Positions 25,003 to 39,119 are shown, counted from the stretch's first letter. The stretch is DNA of 64,000 nucleotides from Octopus vulgaris (GCA_951406725.2 OX597825.1:71176001-71240000), one strand, 5' to 3'. Program-made: numbers and translations. Notes: generated by a model from the sequence alone, not told the origin.

Positions 25003-25803
25003 GCGAAATGGTGCATCTTGGACCATATTGCTTGTGTTTTTAATTTAAAGCAATAAGAGTGAGGTTCAAGTACTATTTCTAGCAGGTGGATTCCACTTTG
25101 GGCTTAGATGATAGATGTTTCCCTGTTAGAATTTACCTGGTTTAGCTGAGCTCTTGGTGAAGGTTTCTTTGGTGCTTTTACAGTAGGCCCCATCCCGACC
25201 AGTCCTGTTGAGCCACATTTTGTGATATAGCCATGGAATGTCTTACTTTTTTTGACACCTTCCTGTTGGTCTTTATTTTTGCCAAACTCCTAAGTTATGA
25301 GGCTGTAAAGAAATCCACACCAGCTGTCAAATGGTGTTGGAGAAAAACACAAAAACATGCATATACTTACATATAACACAAAGATACACACACATATATA
25401 TACATATACGTACTACAAAAATACATACAACTACATACAAATTTACACATGTACATATAACAAGGATGCATGCATAAAAAACATGCAGGAACAGGAAATT
25501 TCAACTAATTACCATGAATCCTCTTCACAGCTTTCTTTTTCAAAGTTACTAAAGGAACCAATGGAGTTCAAAATATCACTTATGGTACGCATCTTAACTC
25601 AAACTATGCAGATTAGTAATTATATGTATGTATGTATGTGTGTGTGTATGTATGTATGTGTGTGTGTCTGTGTGTGTGTATGTATGTGTATGTGTGTATG
25701 TGTGTGTGTGTATGTATGTATGTGTGTGTGTGTATGTGTGTGTGTGCACACAAACGCATGCATGCGTGTGTACATATACACGGCAGGCTTCTGTATGGTT
25801 TCT

Positions 25804-26218
25804 TATTTCTTTATTGCCCTCAAGGGGCTAAATATAGAGGGGACAAACAAGGACAGACAAAGGGATTTAGTCGATTACATTGACCCCAGTGCGTAACTGG
25901 TACTTAATTTATCGACCCCAAAAGGATGAAAGGCAAAGTCGACCTTGGCGGAATTTGAACTCAGAACATAGCGGCAGGGGAAATACCTATTTCGTTACTA
26001 CCCACAAGGGACTAAACACAGAGGGGACAAACAAGAACAGACAAAGTGATTAAGTCGATTACATCGACCCCAGTGCGTAACTGGTACTTAATTTATCGAC
26101 CCTGAAAGGATGAAAGGCAAAGTTGACCTCGGTGGAATTTGAACTCAGAACGTAACGGCAGACGAAATACCGCTAAGCATTTCGCCCGGCGTTCTAACAT
26201 TTCTGCCAGCTCGCTGCC
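25804..26218 (-). mobile_element. SINE family B head-to-tail dimer with TSD
   Basis: Two tandem units joined at ~25985 (gaaatacctatttc); 10-bp TSD tatggtttct at 25794-25803 and 26220-26229. Confidence 0.88.
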
Positions 26219-27310
26219 TTATGGTTTCTGTTTACCAAATTCAATCACAAGGCTTGATCAATTCAGAGTTGTAATAGAAGAGAATTGTCAAACGTGTCGT
26301 ACAGTAGAACTGAAACCAAGACTCGTGATTTTAAAGTGAACATCTTAACCACATCTCTATGCAAATAATGAAAAAACAACAAAACCCCCCAAATGATAAA
26401 GATCTTAAACAAAAAAAAAAGAACAATTACAACAATATGGCAGCCATATTGCGTATTCCTCACATTTAGAAATCAAAACTTGCGTTTGATTTGATTATTT
26501 TTCTTGCCAAACTTGGTATTACATTTAAAATATAATTTTTTTTGTTTAAATAACAATTGAGTTACATATTCTTCATTCAGTTTTGTTTGTCTAATGATTT
26601 TTTTTTTTGCTGAATGCTGTGTGTGGTCTTTATATTGATATTTTATCAAGGATTTGAGTACAGTTAAGCTCTTATAGTAAGCTGCCCATGACCTAGTTTG
26701 TGTTATTTTTTTTTTTTATACTATAGTGAAACTGTTTCGCTTCACTTAGTCATCTAGTGTTACTAGGAAATCCTAAATGTCTCAATTTTCTTGATTCCAT
26801 TAAAAAAGAAAAAAAAACGAATCCTCTACAAGGAAAAAAAAACCCATTCTAAATCAATGCATTTTGTAAGAAATCAGTGATTGGAAACTTTTCTCTTGGC
26901 AGTAAAATCTCATTTGTTACTCGTATTCCTCATCGAATTCTCAGTCTAGATATTAGATTGAATGGCGTTCTTTGAAGTGCTTGCAGAAATTTTCTGACTT
27001 CCTTCTTTGAAGATACCGAAAGGTAATGTGGGAAGTAGACGGTTCTTTCCTTGCTAGTAAAATCCACTTTCCTTTCTTTTGATTCCTGGCTGAAGCACTT
27101 TCGCCTGACCTACATCGTTAATATATCTGAGAAATTAGAAACAAGATAATGTTTGTCGACATAAGACATCATTATAATTTAATAGCTTGCAATATTTGTA
27201 AAGCTAGAATTTATTAAAACTGAAATATCAAATAAATATACTCTTCCTTTTATTTGGTAGTTTGATAAATTTGATTGCTCTAATTTCATTATATTACTCT
27301 CTCTTTCTCT

Positions 27311-28140
27311 TTTTTACTCTTTTACTTGTTTCAGTCATTTGACTGCGGCCATGCTGGAGCACCGCCTTTAGTCGAGCAAATCAACCCCGGGACTTATTCT
27401 TTGTAAGCCCAGTACTTATTCTATCGCTCTCTTTTTGCCGAACCACTAAGTGACGGGGACGTAAGCACACCAGCATCGGTTGTCAAGCAATGCTAGCGGG
27501 ACAAACACAGACACACAAACACATACATATATATATATATACATATATACGACAAGCTTCTTTCAGTTTCCGTCTACGAAATCCACTCACAAGGCATTGG
27601 TTGGCCCGGGGCTATAGCAGAAGACACTTGCCCAAGATGCCACGCAGTGGGACTGAACCCGGAACCATGTGGTTGGTTAGCAAGCTACTTACCACACAGC
27701 CACTCCTGCGCCTATATATGTATATATACTCTTTTACTTGTTTCAGTCATTTGACTGTGGCCATGCTGGAGCACTGCCTTTTAGTCGAGCAAATCGACCC
27801 CCAGGACTTATTCTTTGGCAGCCTAGTACTTATTCTATCGGTCTCTTTCGCCGAACTGCTAAGTTACGGAGACGTAAACACACCAGCATCAGTTGCCAAG
27901 CAATGTTGGACAACACAGACACACAAGCATATACATACACATACATACATATATATGTGTATATATATATATATACCACGAGCTTCTTTCAGTTTCCATC
28001 TACCAAATCCACTCACAAGGCTCTGGTTGGCCCGAAGCTATAGTAAAAGACACTTGCCCAAGGTGCCATGCAGTGGGACTGAACCCGGAACCATATGGTT
28101 GGTAAGCAAGCTACTTATCACACAGCCGCTCCTATGCCTA
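27311..28140 (-). mobile_element. Two adjacent near-intact SINE family A copies (27311-27713 and 27728-28140)
   Basis: Both carry the full head, CORE-like segment, microsatellite and (CTCTTTTA)n tail; they generate the spurious 256-aa ORF. Confidence 0.92.
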
Positions 28141-29334
28141 TGCTATATACAGGATTTAAAATTGCTTTGTACCAACTTACTTAAATTTGAAATGATGTGT
28201 TTAGTTACATCCTTTTACATTCATCATCTTCATTATCATCTAACGTTCACTTTTCCATGATAGCATGGGTCAGATGGAATTTTTTTAGGCAGATTTTCTA
28301 TGACTGGATACCCTTCTTGTTGCCAACTCTCAGCTGTTTCTAAGCAAAATAATAGTTTAATATTTCTCTGTGGCCAGACACAGAAGATTGGAAACAAACA
28401 TCATCACTTGTTCAGCAGTGATACTCATTTATAACCATCGCATAATATCAAGACAGTTAGTATGTCTGCGCATGCATACACACACCTGTTTCCAAATAAG
28501 GTAATATTTCCCCATGACCAGACGTGTTTCACAGAAGATTGAAAGTGAACAACATTGCTTTTGTGAGAGAGAGACAGACACTTGTTTATGACCATCACAT
28601 GATGTTAGTCATATGTGCACACACACACACACATTTTTTTTTTCTGTTTTCTCCAGTGCTGTCCTTAATGTTTTTCTTCATGTAAACCCTTGTGGTTGAT
28701 AAAGAAATCATTTGTGACAGAATTGTTAGCACACTGGACAAGATGTTTAGCAGCATTTCGTCTGTCCTAACATTCTGAATTCATATTCTGCTGAGATCCA
28801 CTTTGCCTTTCATCTTTTAAGGTTAATAAAATAAGTACCAGTTGTGCACTGGGGCTGATGTAATCAACTTACATCCTTCACTTGCTGGCCTTGTGCCAAA
28901 ATTCTAAATTATTATTATTATTATTATTATTATTAATTTTATTATTATTATTATTATTAGCAACCGCATCAGCAGCAGTCGTGGTAATAGTATTAATAGA
29001 TGCCTTAGTTACCAGTATCTGTTTCACTACAAATTTTCTGCTTTCAGGTGAATTCATTCTGTAAACTATTTCTCTTCTGAGGGAACTCTCATTAGCTAAT
29101 CCTTCTCACTTGGTCAGAAATGCATTCACTGAAAACCTCGATGGTATTACTGAACTAAAAGTTACTGATATATGAACTATTTAACAGGTGAACAAGTAAG
29201 CAGAAATTAGTTTGTCAGGGCATTAAACAGTTGAGATAACAGCTTATCTTTCCATATGGATAATCTACTCTAGGTTTCACTCACATGAAAAAATGTGGAC
29301 CAGTATTGCAAGCTTATGAAATACTTACCAGTTA

Positions 29335-29555
29335 TACTCTTTACTCTTTTACTCTTTTACTTGTTTCAGTCATTTGACTGCGGCCATGCTGGAGCACCGC
29401 CTTTAGTCGAGCAAATCGACCCCGGGTCTTATTCTTTGTAAGCCCAGTGCTTATTCTATTGGTCTCTTTTGCCGAACCGCTAAGTGACGGGGACGTAAAC
29501 ACACCAGCATCGGTTGTCAAGCAATGCTAGGGGGACAAACACAGACACACATACT

Positions 29556-29608
<53 letters not shown>

Positions 29609-29768
29609 CAGGCTTCTTTCAGTTTCTGTCTACCAAATCCACTCACAAGGCATTGGTCGGCCCGGGGCTATAGCAGAAGACACTTGCCCAAGATGCCACG
29701 CAGTGGGACTGAACCCGGAACCATGTAGTTGGTTAGCAAGCTACTTACCACACAGCCACTCCTGCGCC
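29335..29768 (-). mobile_element. SINE family A, young full-length copy
   Basis: Nearly identical to 27311-27713. Confidence 0.92.
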
Positions 29769-32184
29769 TTTATATTGTGTTTTCCCTGTGATATTTGCAA
29801 TAACGAACTCTTAAACCCAAGTGAATCAGACCTGTTGTTTTCAAAGCTGTTTTGTCACAGACCCAAAAGTTATAGAATATTTGAACTAGACCAAGAGTTG
29901 GCAAAGTTGTCAGGATTGGTCCCAGGGCTCTGTGAAGATATCTATGGGGTGTCAATAAATATCTGAAATGATTTCAAGCATTGTGGGTGCTGAATTATTA
30001 TCAATTACAGTATGACTGAATAAGGTGGCAAGCTGGCAGAATTGTTAGCACACTGGGCATAAAGCTTAGCAGCAGTTCGTCTGTCTTTATATTCTGAGTT
30101 CAAATTCTGCTGAGGTCAGCTTTGGTCAGCTTTGCCTTTCATCTTTTCAGGGTCGATAAAATAAGTACCAGTTGAACACTGGAGTCATTGTAATCAACTT
30201 ACCCACTTCTCTGAAATTCAGTTTTACATTTTCATTAAATTACTTTAAATATTTCTTATTAAAAAGCAGTAGAAACTCAAAATAATCAAAGAATTATTGT
30301 TTTTAAATCAAGAAATATTTTGCTGCATTTTGCAGCATCCAAGTTGATGTAGTTTATACTGTAAACATGCAGGGGAAGAATTCAACCATTATCTTTATCT
30401 TTCCAAATTCTGCTGTATTTCACAAGGAATTTTTGGTTCACTAAATTTGTTTTGATGTACAAGTCAGCCTACCTTATTCTTGGCTGTAAATTTCGGCCCG
30501 AAAAATTTGACATGTATGCTGGAAAATATATAGTATTAATTATACTTTTCGATTTTATTTTAGAAATTTTCATGGTAGGGGTGTCTGTAAGTTATCAACA
30601 ATTCTATGAAGAGGTCAATAAGTATAAGAAGTTTGTCAAGCTCTGAAGTGGACCATTGAAAGTTGAGAACCTTCACAAGTTGTCTATAACAGTTTTTGGA
30701 TGTAGCTTTCCTGTTGTCAATGAGTTAAAAACCCGAGTAGAGTCCTGAGCCATATAATATAACAATGGAAAGCAATTTAGTCCGATTTAGTTTCAAATCT
30801 TCTCTCTGGCTAAAGACAAATGTTTAAACATTGCCAACTATAGACAGCCTGGAAATAATTATTTTTTCATTGCCAATGATTTTTGTGCCAAGACCTTCAA
30901 TGTTTTTCAGCCTGCTACTAAGACTCCGTGTGTGTGTGTGTGTGTGTTTAAAAATGGTTTTGTAGTCACTGTGATTGTTTTGATTAAATACGTCCTCTTC
31001 ATTATTCAGAAATGAGTTATGCATACATTTTCTAAGTAGGCTTTATCTATTTTTAATGTACAGGTGCTTTTAGAATTGTTTTTTTATGCTGTCTTGGGAA
31101 TTTCTTACTTGTTCACTTGAAAGTTTTCTCACGTGGTGCTCAGATGGTCTTCACAAATAAATAACCATAAAAGAAAAAGAAAAAAACAAACGAAAAAGAC
31201 CTACTTTCAAGGTTTATCTTCTTTATGGATCAAACTGTTGCGAAGTAAACTTCAAATTACTGACCTAGTATTTCTATTTTATATAATTTTTATTTTACAT
31301 TTTTTTGTGCCTACCGATGATGGTATAAGGTATAACTCAACAAGCTATTTGTGGCTATATAAGTTTTCTGATTGCATAGTGTTGTTGTTGTGTTCCTATG
31401 TTGATGTTGTTTAGCTCTAAGCTCCGATTGAATAGACCGACGATCAAAGACATTCCAAACATGACAAACCATACTTTTTTCTTTGTTTTTTTTTTTGTTT
31501 TTTTTTTACTGTCCTTACTGTATCTTTTACAACACTACCCAATGATGTATCTTTCTTGAATTTTTTTTTTTTTTTCGCAAGTTGGTAACAAAAGATATTT
31601 AGCTGCTAATTTTAGCACAGTAAGCAACAGCTTAGGTTCAGGTTAGTGCGGTATCCTTTATTTGTCTTAATGTTACATTTAGGTGATGGGGAAGGGTTTG
31701 AATATGTACCCTTCATCTAGGCAGAAGGTGGCTCCTCACATCATCATTGGCAGAGCACTGGTGGTGGTGGTGGTGGTGGTGGTGGCGACAGTGGTAGAGT
31801 TTATGTGTCTGTGGAATTCTTGTGGGTCATGTCACAAACATTGACCTCTGCAACAGCTAATGTCAAGTTTAAGCTGTAGATTAATTGGTTTGAGATAAAA
31901 TATATTTAATCTGATAATAACTAATAAAATCAGTGATGTGAATGATGATGGAGGTAACTGGTGGTGTTGGGGTTAGTGCTAGTGGTGGTAGTGTTGGTGG
32001 TGGTGGTGGTAGTTATATATTTAAACAAGGGCGGGGGGGAAGGTATATTTTGTGAGATCTTGTATGTATGCTTTTATATGTTTGTTACTTAAAAATAATC
32101 TTAAATCATTTTTGATTAGATGCCTAATTAAAAATATAGTTTTCTTTGAGTTATTTTTATTTTGTACCAGAATTTCTGTTCTTC

Positions 32185-32215
<31 letters not shown>

Positions 32216-32383
32216 GTGTTTCTTATATCTGCTTATATTTTATGCATGCTGGCCTTGACTTGCTGTGTGTGTGTGCGTGTGTGTGTGTGTAGCAGGCTTG
32301 GCTTACTATATGCGTAGCGAGCTTCTCTGTGACGTAATGTGTGTGACATAAGATTTACTTAATGTAATGTTTGTGTGAATATA

Positions 32384-32420
<37 letters not shown>

Positions 32421-32421
<1 letters not shown>

Positions 32422-32835
32422 ATTTGGTATAAGATGAGACAAAAATTTAGATAATCATTTTATATTTATGATTTACGTCGACATAATAAATGCATACATA
32501 GATATAACAAAATTATATCAAGACAAGGAACATATCTATATATTATTTAGGAAGAAATAAGTTATATGAAGCAAAAATGTACATGTAAAGGGTAAATAAA
32601 GGTTGATATATTGATTTTAAAAATTTTAATTTAAGGTTAAAAGACGTTGAATTAAGGATTAAAAGTTATAAAATATGTCGGCAGTAGTGGGAAATCTTAA
32701 ATAATATATATAAATATGTTCCTTGTCTTGTAATTTTATGTTGTATCGATGTATGTATTTATGTATTTATTATGTTGGTAGAAATCATAAATATAAAATG
32801 ATTATCTAAATTTTTGTCTCTTCTTAAACCAAGTT
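32421..32835. repeat. AT-rich fold-back element (~130-bp inverted arms, ~145-bp spacer) beside a (TA)n tract
   Basis: 32421-32550 is the reverse complement of ~32695-32835 (gagacaaaaatttagataatcatttta / taaaatgattatctaaatttttgtctc). Confidence 0.8.
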
Positions 32836-32932
32836 ATATAATGTCTAACGTCTTTGGTTCGACCTGAGCACTTCCAAGCAATCGAGTAAAAAAAAAGCTT
32901 TTCCAAAAGCAAAAAAAAACAAACACACATTA

Positions 32933-32998
<66 letters not shown>

Positions 32999-34432
32999 AC
33001 ACTGCTTCTCTTTCTATATATATTTATATATGAAGTCAAAAACATATAATAAATGTTTCGTTTTGGGATTTGGTTTGCAAGATTCACATTTATTATATTA
33101 ACTTATTTAATGGAACACCTGTACAGTTATTATTTTTGTTTACAAGTAAGTGATTTTCTATATATATGTATGTATATGGTTTTGACTGAAATTCACAGTG
33201 ATGTAAGACTCTAGTCACAAGACAAATTCTCAGTTTCACCTTTAGTAAAAAAAAGATTGTGTGTGCAGACTTGAATGTGTGGTCAAGAAGTTCACCTCAC
33301 AAGCACATGGTTCTGGGTTCAGAAATAACTACAGGGTTCAGTTTGTTTGACTAAACCCTTCAAGGCTGTGCTCCAGTATGGCCACAATCCAATAACTGAA
33401 GCAAGTAAAAGGGCAAAAAACAAACAAGTCTTTGTTCACAGTAAAACCCAATCGCCCTTTTATTTTTAAGCCTGTACCTATTCTATCAATCTCTTTTGCT
33501 GAACTGCTAAGTTATAGGTTTGTAAACAGATCAAAACAAGTTGTCAAGCAGTGGTGAGAATCTTTCTCTCTCTCTCATACACACACACATACACACATCT
33601 GTCAATTTCCAGTTACCAAATCCTTCCATAAATCTTTGGCTGTCCTGAGATTATTGTAGAAGACTCTTGCCCAACATGTCACACTGTGGGATTGAACCCA
33701 GAACCTTGTGGCTGGGAAGCAAGCTTCCTATTTCTTGATTCTGTGTTACTGGGTGTATGAGAATTTGTCCAGTGCCAGCCTTGACATGGTCATGTTCACA
33801 GTGGAACCAGTTTGTAAATTCGATCTTTCTGCGGAGCCAGTGGTCACTAGTTTATGTTCATTCTAGGGTCAATACATATAAATCCAATGGAACCACAGTG
33901 AAATAACTCACCTGATCCTCTGTCCCAGTTCTACAGTGACCATCATCAGTGCCATCTTAGATCAAGTGCACACTGGGTTCCTCCCTGGGATATCATGGAT
34001 CTAGAGTCTTAGTACTAATCTATGGTATGGTTGTGTATATAGGGACCCTTGTGCATACTTTGTCTGGCGGTAAAGGCTGCTGGCCATCACCTCAATTAAT
34101 TGTAACTGGGATTTTGGGTTTTACTGTGAACAAAGACTTGTTTGCTTTTTCGCCCTTTTACTTGCTTCAGTTATTGGATTGTTGCCATAATGGGGCACTG
34201 CCTTGAAGGGTTTATTCAAACAAATTGAACCCTGTAGTTATTTCGTTTTTAAGTCTGGTCCTTATTTTGTCAGTTTCTTTTGCCAAATCACTAAGTTATG
34301 GGGATGTAAACACACCAACAACGCTGGATGTCAAGTGGTAGAGACAAATATGAAGTGACACACACAAGCTCTCTCTTTCTCCCTTCTCTCTTTCCCACAC
34401 ACACTCAGATAAACGAGAGGTTTCTAGTTTCG

Positions 34433-34847
34433 TATTTCTTTACTGCCCACAAGGGGCTACACACAGAGGGGACAAACAAGGACAGACAAATGGATTAAGT
34501 CAATTACATCGACACCAGTGCGTAACTGGTACTTATTTAATAGACCCCGAAAGGATGAAAGGCAAAGTCGACCTTGGCGGAATTTGAACTCAGAATGTAG
34601 CGGCAGATGAAATACCTATTTCTTTACCACCCACAAGGGGCTAAACACAGAGAGAACAAACAAGGACAGACAAACGGATTAAGTCAATTACATCGATCCC
34701 AGTGTGTAACTGGTACTTAATTTATTGACCCCGAAAGGATGAAAGGCAAAGCCGACTTCGGTGGAATTTGAACTCAGAACTTAATGGCAGATGAAATACT
34801 GCTAAGCATTTCACTCAGCGTGCTAACGTTTCTGCCAGCTCGCCGAC
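34433..34847 (-). mobile_element. SINE family B head-to-tail dimer
   Basis: Same internal junction (gaaatacctatttc, ~34610-34622) as the 25804-26218 dimer. Confidence 0.88.
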
Positions 34848-36718
34848 AGTTTATGTCTACCAAATTCATCCAGGGTTGACCCTGGGCTGTAGTAGAAGAC
34901 ACTAGTCCCAATGTGCAGTGGGAGTGAATCTGAAACCATATGGCTGCAAAAAAAGCTTCTTACCCACACAGCCACATCTGCACCTATATTAAAGAATTTC
35001 TTCAATTGATTTCATGTCATAACATTTATGGTACTGGACCCTGAAAAGTTGACACCACTGGGATTTGAACCCTGAACCGAGAGATATGAGATTAAATGCT
35101 GTAATATGTTTGCAGTCTGTCTTCATTGTCCCATCCCCCCTTCTATCAACCTACCGGCGTAAACTACAATATTGATTGTTTCCATGCTTTTAGGTAATTT
35201 TATTTCATTTGCTGTTCTTTAAATAACTAATGGGCTGATTCAGTTTCTCCCCTCTACTTTCTCTCTCTCTCTCTCTCTCTCTCATTCTCTCCCCAATTAC
35301 CCAGCTTTCTTGAATAGCTTGTAATCTTGCCAAGCAACTAATCATTGAAGCAAGAAATTCCTTTGTCTGGAATGTAACTGATAAACATCAAAACCAGCAG
35401 CTAAATAGCTTGTGGTCACTTAACTCTTCTCCTTTCTGTGTAGTCACTGACCCTGCTTGTTCAGTGTTGCTTGAAACTCTGAGGGCATTTGTTCTCCTGA
35501 CATAAAATGTCTTCACCAACTTACTTATTACTTTGCTCATGTAACCAAAGTACTAGTGTACTCTCTATAGTATATGTCACCATTGTTTTCTTTCTGTTTT
35601 TAAATTACAGATCACTTGTGTAATGGTGGTGGTGATGATGGGGCAAGTTTAAATGAGTTTTAAATAAGGTTTTGTTTGTCTCATCCTTCAGTCGAGTGAT
35701 TTCTAAGTTCACTTTACCTGCGTCCAGGTGTGGTGGGGGCGGAATAAAAGCAAAGAGAAAAATCACAAACTCGATATTCTTCTTTGAAAGTTGATATTTG
35801 TTTTTGGCATTTTTTACAGTCCTAGGCCACGTACCGACCGATCACTGTGGCTACCCTTTCTTTCTTCGAATGTCGAATGTCGACCTCCTAGAAGTCCCTC
35901 TGTGCTTCATTCATGCCTTTCCTACAGGTGTTAATTTACAAAGGTCCAAGAGGAACATTAACCCTTTAAATACGAAATTATTTACGATTATTCCAGTAAT
36001 GATGTTAAATACCTGTCTTTTATCTTTTATTTGTTTCTGTCATGAGACTGTGGCCATGCTGGGGCATCGCCTTGAAGAATTTTTAGTTGAATAAATTGAT
36101 CCCAGTACCTTTTTTTTTTTTTTCAAGCCTGGCACTTATTTTATCAATTTCATTTGCTGAACTGCTAAGTTATAGGGATGTAAACATATCAGCACTGGTT
36201 TTCAAGCGGTGGTAGGGAACAAACATATATACACACACATAATGTCGGATTCTTTTTGTTTCTGTCTACCAAATCCACTCATAAGGTGCCACACAGTGGG
36301 ACTGAAACTGGAACCATGTTGTTGAAAGCAAGCTTCTTACTGCACAACCATAAACAAAAAAAAAAAAAAAATAAAATAAAATAATAAAATTGGTATTTTC
36401 TGCAAATTGTGTTCCCTCAATAAATTTAGCATGTTTCAGCAAAAAATAGTTTCAAGCATGACATTGCTCAACAAAAAGTAGATTAGTATATAAGAGTGTT
36501 TTATGAAGTTAAAGATAATGAAAAATTTTGAGTGGATACATCTGATTTCTGAAGTAAAAGAGTTAATGACATCGATCTTACTGGTCGAAGAAGACCTGTA
36601 TGGGACATGGACACCACTCCTTCTTTCAGACCCAGCAAGTATAAAACTAAAAAATTGCTTGAGTCCTAGTAAACAATATACCAAAATAAGAACTTTGTAG
36701 TTCACTTGAAGCATTGTA

Positions 36719-36979
36719 ATATCAAAGAAGGTAAAAAGAGAGAAAATAAAAAGCTTCTGACAATGTGGAAAGTTTGATCAAACCTTTATATTTCAGGTGC
36801 AAAGGGCCATCTTCAGAAGAAAAACAGTCTGGGAAATGTCCAGTTATGCAGCATAACTGGATATTTCCCAGACTATTTTCCTTCTTAAGATGGGCCTTTG
36901 TGCCTTAAATATAAAGGTTTTATAAAACTTTCTGCATTATCAGGTTTCTGATTTCTCTCTTTTTTACCTTCTTCAATAT
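36719..36979. repeat. ~260-bp palindrome (1-nt loop at 36850) with a hammerhead motif in each arm
   Basis: Centre ttatgc-a-gcataa. Left arm minus strand: tctt-CTGAAGA-t...-GAAA-TATA-aagg. Right arm: cctt-CTTAAGA-t-gggc(ctttgt)gcct-TAAA-TATA-aagg. Confidence 0.85.
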
Positions 36980-37202
36980 ACCAAAACTTTTCTCTTCCAC
37001 TGTACCCATATTTTCTGCTTTAATCCTTAAGAATTGAAAAATCAACAGTAATCCCATGTAATCTGTTTATTCTTACCCTAGTGTCTATAGTAGGTTGAGA
37101 TGACCATCACTTTTCAGGCTAAACAAAAAGAGGAAATCTGAGACTGCAAGGAAAGCTCTATGGCGATCACTCAACTAGCTAGAAATAGCACCCAAATTTC
37201 CC

Positions 37203-37426
37203 TTAACCTGTTAGCATCCAGGTTACTCTATCAGATGTAAGGCTTATTTATTCACATTGCTTTGAATTGTTTGTTAACTTATAGCTTTGAAATTTCAATG
37301 AATTGGTTGTTTATTTTTAGAATAACATTGTAGGGTAGGTGAGAGAGGCCCATACAGGCCAGTTTGAACACAAAATAGATTGAATATTTGAGCAGGACAT
37401 GGTTGGTTTGATTGCTAAAGAGTTAA
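37203..37426. mobile_element. piggyBac-type MITE family 1
   Basis: TTAA ends; homologous in opposite orientation to 2345-2952 minus its SINE insert. Confidence 0.75.
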
Positions 37427-38604
37427 ATGAAACCCTAATGTATTTTACTCTTTCATTACCACATTTCTAAGGAAATACAGTTCCCATCTAGCAAATTCAC
37501 TCAGTGGCATTGGCCAGCCTTGGGGCTATAGTTGAAGACACTTGTCCTTGATGCCTTACAATGGGTTTGAACCCAAAACTATGTAGTTATAAAGTAAGCC
37601 ATACTTGTTATCTAGTTAACTTTTTTTTTCCTGTTTAGCTTTGCTGCATTTTGCATGTTTTCCACTAGAACAGAGATGCTAAAAAAACAAATAGTTACTT
37701 TTTTGTTGAAAAAAAAAAGGATACATATAAACGTTCATTTTAAAGGCAGGAAACGAAAGGAAAGGTCACGGTTTCGCATTGTAGCAAAACTAGAGGTGGT
37801 TTTAAGTTTAATTGTAAAGTTTAATTGTAAAGATATTTGCGGTTCGTCTCGTAGCAGGGGCGAGATGGCCGTCTCATTTGTATCATATTTATGTTCATTT
37901 CATTTATCATTCTTCATTCGTCTTTATGTTCCCACTTGTCATTTGTATGTCCCCTCTGTATTCAGGCCTTCTGCCTATAATAAAGAGAAAAGAACAGAAA
38001 TGCTAGTTATTTTTTTAAAGTCTGAGTAATAATTTCAATGGCCTGCTTAGAATCAGCTTTCAATTTCTAGCTTTTGTTCTTCTGTTCTTGATTGATTACT
38101 CTGCATCAATTTTTTAATAAATATTGAGGAGTTTTCAGTGAATGCACATGTTAAAACAGATGATTAAAGATTAACAGTCTGAAATTATGTTGATTTGTCG
38201 ATTTTTTTTTTGATTTAATATAATGAATGTTATGTAACTAATTCAGTATTGCTATAGCGTTTGAATCATATTTTTCAGTCAGTGGCTGTGAAATTGTCAA
38301 ACATGCTTGACTTCCTAATGTCATTTTGCGATTAGGCCATTGTGGTGTTTCCTTAGGTCACTCTCTGGTCTTTAGCTGAGTGTTTGCAAGTATGAAATTT
38401 CTAGATCAGTTCTACGAGAAAGAAAGGCATAGCTGTGTAGTAAAAAGTTTGCTTTCTCACGGCATGTTCCAGGTTCAGTCCCACTGCATGGTACCCTGGA
38501 TAAATATCTTGTACCATAGTCACATGTCAAGCAAAGTCTTGTAAGTGAATTTGTATACAGAAACTGAAAGAAGCCCATCACACACACACACATATATATA
38601 TATA

Positions 38605-38830
38605 GTTGAAATTTACAGAAAAACAAAAGACGAAGACAGGTGTATAAACAACAAACAGGTGTATGAATTTGATGCTCGGGAAGGTGAGAAAGTCTTTTGT
38701 CTCGAGCCTACACTCTTCAACAGAAAGGAACACTAGGAAACAAACAGAGAGATAATTAAAAAAAAAACTTGTGTATTTAGTGGTCAATCATGGCGACTGG
38801 TTGGAAGAAGGGGAGATAATAAAGTACTGG
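38605..38830 (-). mobile_element. PLE-type terminal fragment, family H1 copy 2, with decayed hammerhead motif at 38694-38727
   Basis: Minus strand cttt-CTGTTGA-A-GAGT(gtag)GCTC-GAGA-c-aaaag; abuts (TA)n. Confidence 0.65.
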
Positions 38831-39119
38831 TGATCCCAAAAATGGTGTGTGTGCATGTGGATAGGGGCTAGTGACTTCGATGTGTGAATGTGTAAGTGTG
38901 TGCATCTGTAATGTGTGGGTGTGCAGATGATGGTGTGTGGTGTTGGTGCTGGGAAGTGGTCAGTGCTAGTGTGTGTGTGGAGCAGTGTGGAGTGGGGGTA
39001 TGTGGGAGTGGAATGTGTGGGGTGGGGTGTGGATAGAGGGGGTATCAATGAAGGGAGATAGTGGGTAGGAGCGAAGAGAGGAAGTAGGTATCAGGGCAAC
39101 AGAGGAGAGGTGGATAGGA

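Noticed and set aside
27490-28260. Longest ORF (256 aa) and its recurring 'paralogs' ([15 protein letters not shown]...[10 protein letters not shown])
   Set aside because: It is the antisense translation of tandem family A SINEs; the recurrence reflects SINE copy number, not a gene family.
29514-29966. 150-aa ORF with a CxxC in its unique 3' part
   Set aside because: The first half is SINE and microsatellite; the remainder has no recognisable domain or splice support.
31305-31345. CCGATGA followed by a short hairpin
   Set aside because: No GAAA and no closing stem I.
37839-37872. Small G-U-rich hairpin in unique sequence
   Set aside because: Too short and single-copy to distinguish from chance without comparative data.
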